In this document: piece after piece, positions 48,363 through 58,000 of the stretch
Layout of the letters: each line of letters begins with the position of its first letter
Numbering within the stretch: the first letter of the stretch is position 1
From: a virus
Length of the DNA stretch: 64,000 nucleotides
Virus record (IMG/VR): IMGVR_UViG_3300010371_000001
Coordinates: 1 to 64,000 of that record
Direction: 5' to 3' (one strand)
The notes under the pieces: generated by a model
What the model was told of the DNA's origin: nothing
Seen by the model: the letters and a program-made list of their open reading frames with translations, nothing else
The model's database searches: none
Program-made: the position numbers and the translations under genes

Positions 48363-48373
48363 AAAGTCCATCC

Positions 48374-48661
48374 ATGTACGTGCTCATTTCCACCTGCCCG
48401 CACTGCGGCGCACCAATCTATGTCCCCTATGAAAGTTCCTCCGGCCAGCCCCTGCTCTCTGAGAGCGGGCTGTGGCATGCCGTGCAAGAGCCACGCTTCT
48501 CGTGCCAGTGCCGGGAAATTATGGTCGTGGCTCCTGTTGAATGTACGCCTGCTACCGTTACTGATGAAGTGCCGCCTCGCGCTGAGTATCATCGTCCCCG
48601 CCGCACCAGCGGCTATGATGCCATCAAGCCCAGCTTTGGCGTAGGGCGGAAAGAAGGGTAA
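48374..48661 (+). CDS. small Zn-binding protein
   Basis: CPHCGAPIY...SCQCR. Confidence 0.55.
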   Translation: MYVLISTCPHCGAPIYVPYESSSGQPLLSESGLWHAVQEPRFSCQCREIMVVAPVECTPATVTDEVPPRAEYHRPRRTSGYDAIKPSFGVGRKEG

Positions 48662-48662
48662 T

Positions 48663-49244
48663 ATGGCATCCGGCCCCAACACCCTCAACGTGCTGCAAAG
48701 CATTCAATATCGGATCTTCACTGAGGTGCTGGTCAGCAGTGCGTCACCCTTCACCTCGTGGGCGCTGACGCCCAACCCGGATAATCCTGGTAGCGTCAGT
48801 GACTATACGCGCTTTGGGACCAATCGACAGGGACAAGTGACGACCGCCATTTACATCGGCATGCCCAAAGTGCCGAACCCCAACTACCCCGTGCAATGCC
48901 ATATCATTCCGCCGTTTCAAGAGCAAATCTATCGCAAAAGCATGGGCGGCAAGGTCTTCGATGAGCAATCCATCTACATTCGTTTCCTCTCGCTCAACGT
49001 GGGCGACTGGTATGATAATCAGATTTCCATGATGGCCCTACGTGATGTGGCTGTTCCCATGATTCAGCGCCATGCCGAAATGCCAGGAGGCATCGCCACC
49101 ACCGCCAGCAAAGAGATGCCTGGGGGCAATGGCATGCCCACGGGCTACAACCGTGTGGAAGTCATTGGCCGCGAGTGGGACACGTGGGGTTTTGTGTGGT
49201 GGGTGCGCCAGGAGTACACCCTTACAGATGGGTTTGTGACGTAG
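48663..49244 (+). CDS. tail terminator-like protein
   Basis: Position between gp10-like and tail tube genes; size. Confidence 0.6.
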   Translation: MASGPNTLNVLQSIQYRIFTEVLVSSASPFTSWALTPNPDNPGSVSDYTRFGTNRQGQVTTAIYIGMPKVPNPNYPVQCHIIPPFQEQIYRKSMGGKVFDEQSIYIRFLSLNVGDWYDNQISMMALRDVAVPMIQRHAEMPGGIATTASKEMPGGNGMPTGYNRVEVIGREWDTWGFVWWVRQEYTLTDGFVT

Positions 49245-49367
49245 CCCCTCTATCTTTTATGCACGCCAACATGGCGTTGTAGCGACGCCCATCCATGATG
49301 GTTTCCCCTTCACGTGGCGCAACAATCTCCCATCTTCACCGAAAACCTTAACCCCACGAGGTATCCC

Positions 49368-49646
49368 ATGCCCAAATCCCCCAAAGCGGATGCGCCTCTC
49401 GTATCCGCTGAACCCCTTGCGCCTGCCCCCATCCTCATCCCCATTGCTGGCGGCGATTCCCGTCTCCCGCAGGGGCTGCATCTGGGCGAGGGCGTCTGGT
49501 ACGCCGAAGAACTGCCTGATGGCCGCATTGTGCCGCAGGGGCTGCCCCCAGCGGTTATCGCCGCCTTCTATCCCGATCTTGTTCCCCTTGCCTCACCTAC
49601 CCCGGCGGACCCCTTGCCGCCGCCACCATCCGTCGAGGAGTTATAA
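49368..49646 (+). CDS. small Pro-rich protein
   Basis: GAGG RBS; precedes tail tube gene. Confidence 0.55.
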   Translation: MPKSPKADAPLVSAEPLAPAPILIPIAGGDSRLPQGLHLGEGVWYAEELPDGRIVPQGLPPAVIAAFYPDLVPLASPTPADPLPPPPSVEEL

Positions 49647-49649
49647 CCG

Positions 49650-51290
49650 ATGGCCTCCACCCCTAAGGGCTATAGTGGGGTGGCGCTTGAGAACACGTCT
49701 GGAATCCAGCAGTTGCTCAGCGCCACCGCCGTCTCTAGCTTGCCCGTCTCCCTCACCAGCAGCACGGCGCTCACTGCTGCCACGACTGGCATGCACCTGC
49801 TGATCCGCGCCTACAACCATACGGCCACCGGCACCATCACCGTCGCTGGGACTGCCGTCAATTCCTTGGCGGTGGTCAGTGAGACCACCACTACCATTCC
49901 CATCTTGGAAAACCCCGGCAACTACGCCGATTACGTCACCAGTGCCGTGTATGGTGCGGTGAATGCCTCTGGCGTGACACTGGGTGGCGGTCTCACGAAT
50001 GGCTCCATCACCATCTATGGCATCCAGGCTGCTAAACGCATGGTGTTGGGCGAGTTCAAGCTGGTGGACAAACGCCAGGAGCATGTGGTCCCGACACAGC
50101 GCGGCGACTTCTCCGAAAGTCACATCCCCAGCCTGCCCTTGGCGGATGACCCGGAGTGGGAATACCAGGCGGACCTCTGGCCAGATTCATCCAGCTTCAT
50201 TTTCACCACAGGCATCAACGCATCGCCCACCACCACCGCCATCCCGGCGAGTCCCGTGGCAATCCTGGGCGCAACCAGCGTCACCACCTCTGGCACCGTT
50301 TCGGCATCGCTACAACCCACGACCCCTGGCATGATCCTCGTCATTGCCCTCACGGGCTCCCCCACGACCGCGCAAACCGTGTCGGTAACAGGAACGAACG
50401 TGTATGGCGAGCCGGTCACCGAAGTGGTTGTCTCCAGCACCAAGACCACAGGCACGTGGTACAGCTACAACACGTTCGCCAGCATCGCCAGTAATGGCAT
50501 CGCCTACGGCGCATTCGGCGGTACGGGGTCCATCACCGTCAATGGCCAGTTCCTCTGGCAACTCTCGGCCAATACGAGCGACGCCACCCTCAACTCGTTT
50601 GCTGCCTGTCAGTACGATGGCATCGGCTCATATGTCGCCCCAGACTGCATCACGGACTCGTGGGAACTGCAATGGGGCGAGGACAAAGAGGCCAAAATCA
50701 GCGCCAAGGGCAAATGCCAGGCGGTGCTGAACGTCGGCAATTTTGCCACATCCACCAGTCAGGTACCCGCCCTCACCAATCCGCTGGATGAGGCGATCAC
50801 CGGCTGGCGTGGCTTGGTATTCATTGATGCCATCAGTGGCACGCCTGGCACCACGTCATTTGGCACCGCCATCGAGGGCAAGATCGCCTGCGCGCTGAAG
50901 CAGAAGACGACGCACACGAGTGCCTGGAACCCCCCGGCGCGCTGGTTCAGCAAGGTGGACAGGGGCCGCCGTGAGGTGATGGTCGAACTCAAAGTTTACA
51001 TGGATGCCACGACCTATCAGAATGAGTACGCCCAGGCCTGGAAACGCGGCACCCGTCGCCTCATCCAGATCCAGTTGCAGGGACTCAACGCGATGGGAAC
51101 CAGCAGCGGCACCACCTACTCCCCTGGCTACACCTTCAATATGCCCGTGCGCTGGGTGGAAGATCCCACCCGTGAGTTCACGCTCTCCCAGGAGTTTGTG
51201 ACGCTGACCTTGAAGGGCCGCGCCTACTATGATCCAGGGCTGGGCTATGACCTCAACGTCACACTCAACAGCCGCTACCAGGCGTGGTAG
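49650..51290 (+). CDS. major tail (tube) protein with two inserted beta domains
   Basis: Position before chaperones/tape measure; tube-like C-terminus (GRREVMVELKV..YTFNMP..LTLKGRAYYD). Confidence 0.8.
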   Translation: MASTPKGYSGVALENTSGIQQLLSATAVSSLPVSLTSSTALTAATTGMHLLIRAYNHTATGTITVAGTAVNSLAVVSETTTTIPILENPGNYADYVTSAVYGAVNASGVTLGGGLTNGSITIYGIQAAKRMVLGEFKLVDKRQEHVVPTQRGDFSESHIPSLPLADDPEWEYQADLWPDSSSFIFTTGINASPTTTAIPASPVAILGATSVTTSGTVSASLQPTTPGMILVIALTGSPTTAQTVSVTGTNVYGEPVTEVVVSSTKTTGTWYSYNTFASIASNGIAYGAFGGTGSITVNGQFLWQLSANTSDATLNSFAACQYDGIGSYVAPDCITDSWELQWGEDKEAKISAKGKCQAVLNVGNFATSTSQVPALTNPLDEAITGWRGLVFIDAISGTPGTTSFGTAIEGKIACALKQKTTHTSAWNPPARWFSKVDRGRREVMVELKVYMDATTYQNEYAQAWKRGTRRLIQIQLQGLNAMGTSSGTTYSPGYTFNMPVRWVEDPTREFTLSQEFVTLTLKGRAYYDPGLGYDLNVTLNSRYQAW

Positions 51291-51362
51291 CACGTCAACC
51301 ATTCACCCCGCCCTGTGAAGGCGTACAGCGCCTCACAGGGCCATTCGAGAGAGGAAACCCGC

Positions 51363-51953
51363 ATGCCCCGCAGTTATACCAGCAATGACGAAACCCGTGA
51401 GAAGAAGATTCTGCATGCGCCCTGGTGGTCGGACACGTTCACTACTGACGGCAATCCCAATAGCCCGGAATGCGACGAAGAGCAGGGCGGCATCCCTGTT
51501 GAACGCTGCGTCGTGTTTGCCCGGCGTCTGCACATTGATGATGAAGCCGTAAATCGGCGTGTCTTTGGCACGATGGAAGCCCCCAAGCCGGGGCAGAAGA
51601 TCGACACGAGCATGACGGCGAAGACGCCCACCTACCTCATGCAGCAGATGATCGTGGAACTCACTGATGATGAGGGCCATCCCGCCCCCATGTTGAATAT
51701 TATTGGCAAGCGTCCCCTGCTCAGTGAAGCGTTCATCAAAGGGATGGATAAGCGCGACACGGACTACATCATCCAGCAACTCGACGCCCTCAATGAGGCT
51801 CCGGTGCCAGTGACGGAAAGGGATGAGGAAGAGGCTGCCAAGCGCAATGCCGCACGGCAAGACAAACTCGACCGCGGCTTCCCAGGGGCGCGGATTGATC
51901 CCCCGGTCTCACCGGAGGAAATCGCCCAGGACGACTTTCGCACGTATCGCTAA
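51363..51953 (+). CDS. tail assembly chaperone (G-like)
   Basis: Directly after tail tube gene; overlapping +1 ORF at its 3' end. Confidence 0.75.
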   Translation: MPRSYTSNDETREKKILHAPWWSDTFTTDGNPNSPECDEEQGGIPVERCVVFARRLHIDDEAVNRRVFGTMEAPKPGQKIDTSMTAKTPTYLMQQMIVELTDDEGHPAPMLNIIGKRPLLSEAFIKGMDKRDTDYIIQQLDALNEAPVPVTERDEEEAAKRNAARQDKLDRGFPGARIDPPVSPEEIAQDDFRTYR

Positions 51954-52233
51954 GGCGCTCTTCGCCGGAACCTCCCTTGGCCCGCCTGGTTCCAGTGCGC
52001 GAAGTGATCCGCGCGTCACGTTCGTCATGCAGTCACTCAGGGAGTGGCAGTATCTGATTGAGATGGGGACGGATTATTGGCTCCTGCATGACGAGCCGCC
52101 CACCTCCGCCTACCTCTGGCGACTCCACGCGCTGCAATGCGCGCATAATGCCGCCGAAGCAGATGCCATGAGCAAGGCCAGGCCTGACACGGACTCCGCT
52201 GGCAATGCCCGCACCACCACCTCGCGCTCCTGA
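51937..52233 (+). CDS. tail chaperone frameshift extension (T-like), +1 frame
   Basis: Open +1 frame entered at GAC-TTT-CGC: FARIAKALFAG...LREWQYL... Confidence 0.6.
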   Translation, partial: FARIAKALFAGTSLGPPGSSARSDPRVTFVMQSLREWQYLIEMGTDYWLLHDEPPTSAYLWRLHALQCAHNAAEADAMSKARPDTDSAGNARTTTSRS

Positions 52234-52242
52234 GGTTTCCCC

Positions 52243-53904
52243 ATGCCCACCTCATCCCTCACCACGCTGGCCTGTCGCCTCGCCGCCATTCGCATCGACC
52301 TGCGCGCCATGCAGCGGGTGCAGATGGCCGAGGCGTTGCGCAACTACGAATATTGGGTGCAGACTGCCAATGGTGGCGAGGTGGAGCACGAGGTCACAAC
52401 GGGCGCAGGTGGCAAATGGATCGCCAATGAGGTTATCGCCACCATTGGCGGCGCAGGCAAAAGCGCATGGGAGGGCGTGACGCATCACAGCGCGAAGGCC
52501 AGTAGCAAGGCTGGTGGATTGAAAGGCGAGAGCGCGCCCAAGGCCGCCACACCTCGCAAGACACCCGAACAGAAGGCGTCTGAACACGCCGCGCAGATTC
52601 ATCAGGCGCTGGAAGACTGGAAAAGCGGGCGTGCCTATTACGGTAAGGGCAACTATCGCATCCACGTAGGTGATGAGAAGTTCCTCGGCAAGTTTACCGG
52701 CAAGAGCGTGATGGCCTCCTGGAACAAGGCAGCGAAACTGGAATTCCCCGATGTGGATGCGCTCCATCGTGCTGCGCATGAGCCAAACTATACGCCGAAA
52801 GTGGATTTTAGCCGACCAGCGAAAGGCGCAGGGAAGGCCACTGGAAGCAAATCGACCGCGACACCGAACCGTGATGTAGAGATCGCCGCTGGCATCGCCG
52901 CTCAGCGCGCCTATCGGGACGCCACCGCCCAACGTGACCAGATCTTGCGTGACATGGAGCAAGGGCGACGTACCCATCCATACGATACCAACTTCACGAC
53001 GCGCTACAAGGCGGAGCATGGCTTTGCCGACATCGTAGCGAAACGACGCCAGGCAGCGGCGGCGGCGGATAAAGTTGCCAAGACACTCACACATGAAGAG
53101 CGTCAACGTCTCTATGACGAGATGCACCAGCACACCGAACAAGCGCCTCGCTCATCTTCCCGCGAAGAACAGCATCATCATTATGAAGAAGCATTCGCAC
53201 GCGGGGATTTGCTAGCACGGCAGAAGAATTTGCCAAGCGAATCACCGCCCAAGGGCAGCAGCACGAAGGCGACGGGCGGCGGAAAGAAGGCGGGGGCGGG
53301 GGCGGCGAAAACCCAAGACAATCTCTATGGCACCGCTAAGAATGTCACGCTCCCCAAGAGCCGCAAAGGTGAAACGATCTACGATTCACCGATGCTACCA
53401 CTATTCCTGCACGAGATCCAGGATAATCCGAGGAGTAAGATCGGCGATGGCGCGGTGCTCGTCACGTTCCCCAAGGATGTCAGCAAGATCTTCGCAACGG
53501 CGGGCAACATTGAGAAGGACCGCGAACTCCAAGCAGCAGAACAAACACGGCGTGATGCCAGTCCCGTCTATCGCGACCTGCGGGAACGCGGCGAAGTCAC
53601 CTATTATAACGCCAACGGCACTAATCAGGAGAACGCATACATCACTATCCGCTATCGCTATGATATGCAGCACCGCATCCCAGTGTACGATGTATTCATG
53701 GGTGACAGCACACAACCTGCCAAGGATTTTGCCAACCTCCTGTGGACGCCCGATCAGGCATTGCGATTCATTCAGGATACATCTATCCCCAATTTGCGCA
53801 CCGACCGCGCCACCACCCCCGACCTCACCGCATTAGCCGAGCGCGTGGTAGCAGTACATGCGCAGATGGCGCGAATACGGCGGCGGGATGGCGGCGAGGG
53901 CTAG
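52243..53904 (+). CDS. putative head-packaged cargo protein 4
   Basis: Leader LTTLACRLAAIRIDLRAMQR; EHEVTTGAGGKWIAN; WEGVTHHSAKA shared with 38191; C-terminal DR|ATTPDLTALAERV helix. Confidence 0.75.
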   Translation: MPTSSLTTLACRLAAIRIDLRAMQRVQMAEALRNYEYWVQTANGGEVEHEVTTGAGGKWIANEVIATIGGAGKSAWEGVTHHSAKASSKAGGLKGESAPKAATPRKTPEQKASEHAAQIHQALEDWKSGRAYYGKGNYRIHVGDEKFLGKFTGKSVMASWNKAAKLEFPDVDALHRAAHEPNYTPKVDFSRPAKGAGKATGSKSTATPNRDVEIAAGIAAQRAYRDATAQRDQILRDMEQGRRTHPYDTNFTTRYKAEHGFADIVAKRRQAAAAADKVAKTLTHEERQRLYDEMHQHTEQAPRSSSREEQHHHYEEAFARGDLLARQKNLPSESPPKGSSTKATGGGKKAGAGAAKTQDNLYGTAKNVTLPKSRKGETIYDSPMLPLFLHEIQDNPRSKIGDGAVLVTFPKDVSKIFATAGNIEKDRELQAAEQTRRDASPVYRDLRERGEVTYYNANGTNQENAYITIRYRYDMQHRIPVYDVFMGDSTQPAKDFANLLWTPDQALRFIQDTSIPNLRTDRATTPDLTALAERVVAVHAQMARIRRRDGGEG

Positions 53905-53906
53905 GG

Positions 53907-54866
53907 CTACGAGGCATCCTCCTCGAAGAGCATGGCTTGGGTGAGATGTGTGGATGGCTCTGACGAGACGGCATATCCCTCAACTGTGATAATGCCTTCT
54001 TTGACGAAATGTCGTAAGCTGCGGTAAACGTTGTCTCGGCTCATGGAGTATCGTTCCATGAGCGACTTCACTGCCTTCATCAGAAGCACTGGCACATGCG
54101 GTACCCACCCCAATTCGTGCAATGCAGCAAGGACGGTTTCAAGCCGTTGCTGGCTACGTTGTCGCTGATAATTCTGCCCCGCTTCTAGGCGTGCCTGCTC
54201 ATTCGCTGAGAGTTCACGCGGCTTCTGGGCAGTGCGCCGAGCCTCAGTCCATTGTACCCCTGATTTAGCACGACTAATCTTCTCGCGGACTTCTGGCGGC
54301 TTGGGTCCCGTCTTCGCCCCACGCCGCCGCGCATAATAGGCTTCTCGTTCAGGTGTTTTACCACGCGCTTTGATCGCCGCTGCGCGTTTGGCAATAAGTT
54401 CGGGGTCTTGTTTCTTGCCTAGTCGCGCTTCTAAAGATCGTGTACGTGCCAGCGGGGAGAAGGCACTGTTCTTCTGCGCCTCTCGCATTTTGGCGAGAGT
54501 CTCTGGTCGGGCCTTTACACCTAATCGACTACGACCAACAAAGAGGCAGAGATTGTAACGAGGCTTTCGCTCATCAATGTACCACTGTTCGCGGTCATCT
54601 AATTTGCGTTTGTTATCCACCCACTCCAACACTTCCCAGCCAAACGCCTCAGCGCCATATTTATCCCAGGCTCTTTGTAAGTGAGCGGTGTTGATACCGA
54701 GGCGCAATTCACGCATATGTTTATGCCATCGATGCCGCAGATGGACCGCTTGGCCGATATATTCATCTTGCTGCTCGCCATCTAAACGGTAGATGTGGTA
54801 AATGCATGAATGCTTGAGTTCGTCGGGGGTGTATTGAGAGTACGGAAACTCTGCGTCACGGGGCAT
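53907..54866 (-). CDS. GIY-YIG homing endonuclease with NUMOD3-like motifs
   Basis: CIYHIY..YIGQA..LRHRW..H..LQRAWDKYG..F.WEVLE; PETLAKM, PEVREKIS. Confidence 0.9.
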   Translation of the reverse strand: MPRDAEFPYSQYTPDELKHSCIYHIYRLDGEQQDEYIGQAVHLRHRWHKHMRELRLGINTAHLQRAWDKYGAEAFGWEVLEWVDNKRKLDDREQWYIDERKPRYNLCLFVGRSRLGVKARPETLAKMREAQKNSAFSPLARTRSLEARLGKKQDPELIAKRAAAIKARGKTPEREAYYARRRGAKTGPKPPEVREKISRAKSGVQWTEARRTAQKPRELSANEQARLEAGQNYQRQRSQQRLETVLAALHELGWVPHVPVLLMKAVKSLMERYSMSRDNVYRSLRHFVKEGIITVEGYAVSSEPSTHLTQAMLFEEDAS

Positions 54867-54871
54867 GTTCT

Positions 54872-54980
54872 TAGCTCCTACATGCTAATCCTACTCTTTG
54901 TGAGCCGTCAGGAGGGGTAGGAATCCCTCTTTTCAGGAAGTGCTGATCAGGCACCCCTTAGGCGGCACTTCAGTATAGCA
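54872..54980 (-). ncRNA. structured C4-like leader RNA and extended -10 promoter of the GIY-YIG gene
   Basis: TGCTATACT promoter; two hairpins in an outer stem; loop TCCTAC complementary to two downstream GTAGGA sites. Confidence 0.55.
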
Positions 54981-55012
54981 TTCTTTTTCCTGCTAAGCAG
55001 AAGCGGAAGTAC

Positions 55013-55044
55013 AAGCGCCATGGCCCAAAAGCTATGGCGCTTTT
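55013..55044 (+). terminator. hairpin with short U-tract before tape measure gene
   Basis: AAGCGCCATGGC-ccaaaa-GCTATGGCGCTT-TT. Confidence 0.45.
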
Positions 55045-55060
55045 CGTTGGGAGACATCAT

Positions 55061-58000
55061 ATGGAAGGCGCCGGACAAGCACTCGTCTTAGCTGTATATA
55101 TCCACGCCTATGACCAATTTTCCGGCATGATGCATAAGTTGGGGCTGGCTGGGATCGAGAATGCCAGCATCTTCCAGCATCTTCAAATGGGGGCGCTGGG
55201 AGTTGCGGCGGGCATCATCGCCATCGGTGCCGCTGCGAATCATTATGCATCCGATTTCCAAACACAGTTTGCCAGAATCACCGGCTTAACGGATAGTAAT
55301 ACCCAGCAGATCAGCTATTATCGCAACTCATTAATCCAACTGTCCGCCCAATATGACATGACAGCAAGCGATGCGGCGAAGGCACTGTACTTTATTATCT
55401 CTGCTGGCCTTGATCCGCTTGGAACTGCTATGCAGCAGGCGAAAGAAAACGTCGATGTTTTGCGCTACAGCAGTATGTCGGCAACCGCATCCTTGGCCGA
55501 TCAGGCTGGGACGGCCTCGGCCATGACTGCGATGATGAAGGCGTACGCCGATTCCAACCTATCAGCCGCCGATGCCGCAAATACGTTGACACGTATTGAA
55601 CAACTTGGCAGCGCACAGCTTGGAAGTTTCACGTCCAGTCTTGGCTTTATGATGGTCACGGCACACGCAGCCGGGCTGACCGCCCATGAAGCCGCTGCTG
55701 CTCTAGCGAACCTCTCCCAAGTCTCAGGCAACCACGGGGTGAGGCGCATGGCGAATGACCTCGACAACCTCATGCGCTCGCTTCTTTCTGTTGATGATGT
55801 CGCCAAGCGTTCCGGCGCGCAACTCAAAGCAATGGGCATCGATGATGTCCAAACCTTCCAGACGATCAATACGCGCGCAACCGACATGGGGTTGACATTT
55901 AACAAGCTGACATATAGTTCGCTCGACTTCATGGGCAAGTTGAAATATTTAGCCCAACTATCAGGCTTCTCGGCGAACCAATATAATACCAGCCGCGAAG
56001 CTATGATCGCCAAGCAGGCGTCACTTATTGAAGGTACCAAGGGCGAGGCTGCCGCAACGGCATGGCTCAACTTGCAAAACAACGAGGGTGCCGCCCGATT
56101 CATGAAAATGGTCGGTGGTGCTGCCGCATTCATCCCCGCTTTAACGCTGCTCACTAGCCACGGTGCTGAATATACCAAGATTCTTGGGCAGATGAACTCC
56201 AAGACGGATATCGTCGTCAACGCCTTCAACAATATGCGTAACACCGCCAACCAGCAGTGGAAGATGATGGAGATCGGCGTCCAGAACCTGCTGGTGGTCA
56301 TCGGCCTGCAACTGCTTCCGGTCCTGCAAGGCTTCTACCACTGGATCTACGAAATCACCAACGCGATGATCCGGTGGTTGCAAAACACTGGCAATATGGA
56401 GGCGTTCAAGTATGCCCTCCTGGGCATCGCCATCGTCGTCGGCACGATCCTGCTGCCCGCAATGGTCCGGCTGGCACTGGCCTTTGTCACGAATCCCGTT
56501 GGCATCGCCATGATGGCTATCGTGGCTGCGGGCATCCTCCTCGGCAAAGTCTTGCAATCGCATCCAGAGATCATCAAGAAAGTGCAACAGGCACTGGGCG
56601 GTCTGATGGATACGGTAGGCAAGGTCATCGGCGTTTTCCACACGCTGGGTGACATGATTTCCGGCAGCACCAAATCGGCGGCAGATGCGGCAGCGGTGCA
56701 TGCGACGCAGATGCGGCTCACGGTCGTTGACCAGTCCATTAAGATGCAGCAAGACTCCGTGCAACATCTCCAACTAATGCGCATGGGGATCTCGACGCAG
56801 TTAGCACTCACACACAGCGAGGCGGGGCGTCACGCATTGGAAACGCGCCTGGCCGTCGTGAATCACCTGATCGCCATGCGCGAGAAATCAGTAGTGGAAG
56901 CGGAAAAGATGCGTGCTGGGGTACAGTCGCATCTCAAGGCGCTGACGCATGACAGTCGCACGGCGCTGGGGCCACTACCAACGGCCATCAACGCCATCGG
57001 CAGCGCCATCAGCACGACGCTGAGCAAGTTTATGCAATTCGCCAATTGGGTGCGCGGCAATGAGACCGCATTCACCGCATTCAAGGCGATTATGCTGGCA
57101 CTCGCCATCGCCATCGGCATCAATCTTGTCGGCGCGGTCATCTCAGCCATTCCCATCGTGCTGGCCTATGCAGCCGCCCTGTGGTCGGCTGCCATCGCCG
57201 CCCTCATCGCCGAGGGTCCAGTCATTCTCCTGGTCGCCGCCATCGCCCTCCTCGTTTTCGGCATCATGGAACTGGTGCAGCATTGGACGCAGGTGAAGGC
57301 GTTCTTCGCCAATATCGCCGCAGCAGTTGGCGGTTTCTTCTCCTGGTTGGGTGGGCATGTCCACGATGCACTGGGCAAAGTCGGCCAATTCTTTCAAGCG
57401 GGCTTTGATAAGCTGGGACAGATCGTTCACTGGTTCACCACACTCACGCCGCAGAAGATCGCCTACATGGTCGGTTATGCGTTGGGGTTCCTGCTGGGGT
57501 TGCCGGTACGCGGGGCTATCATTGTGTGGCAGTTCGTGCAGCGCGCCGCAGGATTCATTGCATGGCTGTGGCACGAAGCACCCGGTTTCATCGCGCGTAT
57601 GGCTGTGGCCATTGTGACATGGCTCCTGCACATGAAGGATGAGGCGATCAAACACATCAGCGCCTTCGCCGTGGCGGCAGTCGCTGAATTAGTCAAACTC
57701 TGGCATGAGGCACCGGGCTTCATCCTGAAAATGGCCATCGGCATTGTCGCCTGGCTGATTAAGCTGAAGGACGATGCCTGGCAGAAAATCAAGGACGTGA
57801 CGGCGGCGATCTGGAGTGAACTGCAAAAGCTGCCAGGGCAAGCATTACAAGCAGCCAAGGATTTTATCTCCGGCATCGTCAACGGTATCAAAAACGGTGC
57901 GGGCGCGGTTGTCAACGCGATCAAAAATATGGCAGGCGGTATGGTGGATGGCTTCAAGAATGCCCTCGGCATCCACAGCCCCTCCACCGTCATGTTCCAG

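Noticed and set aside
53907-54866. GIY-YIG gene as part of a group I intron
   Set aside because: Flanking genes are intact, it is antisense with its own promoter, and no intron core is evident
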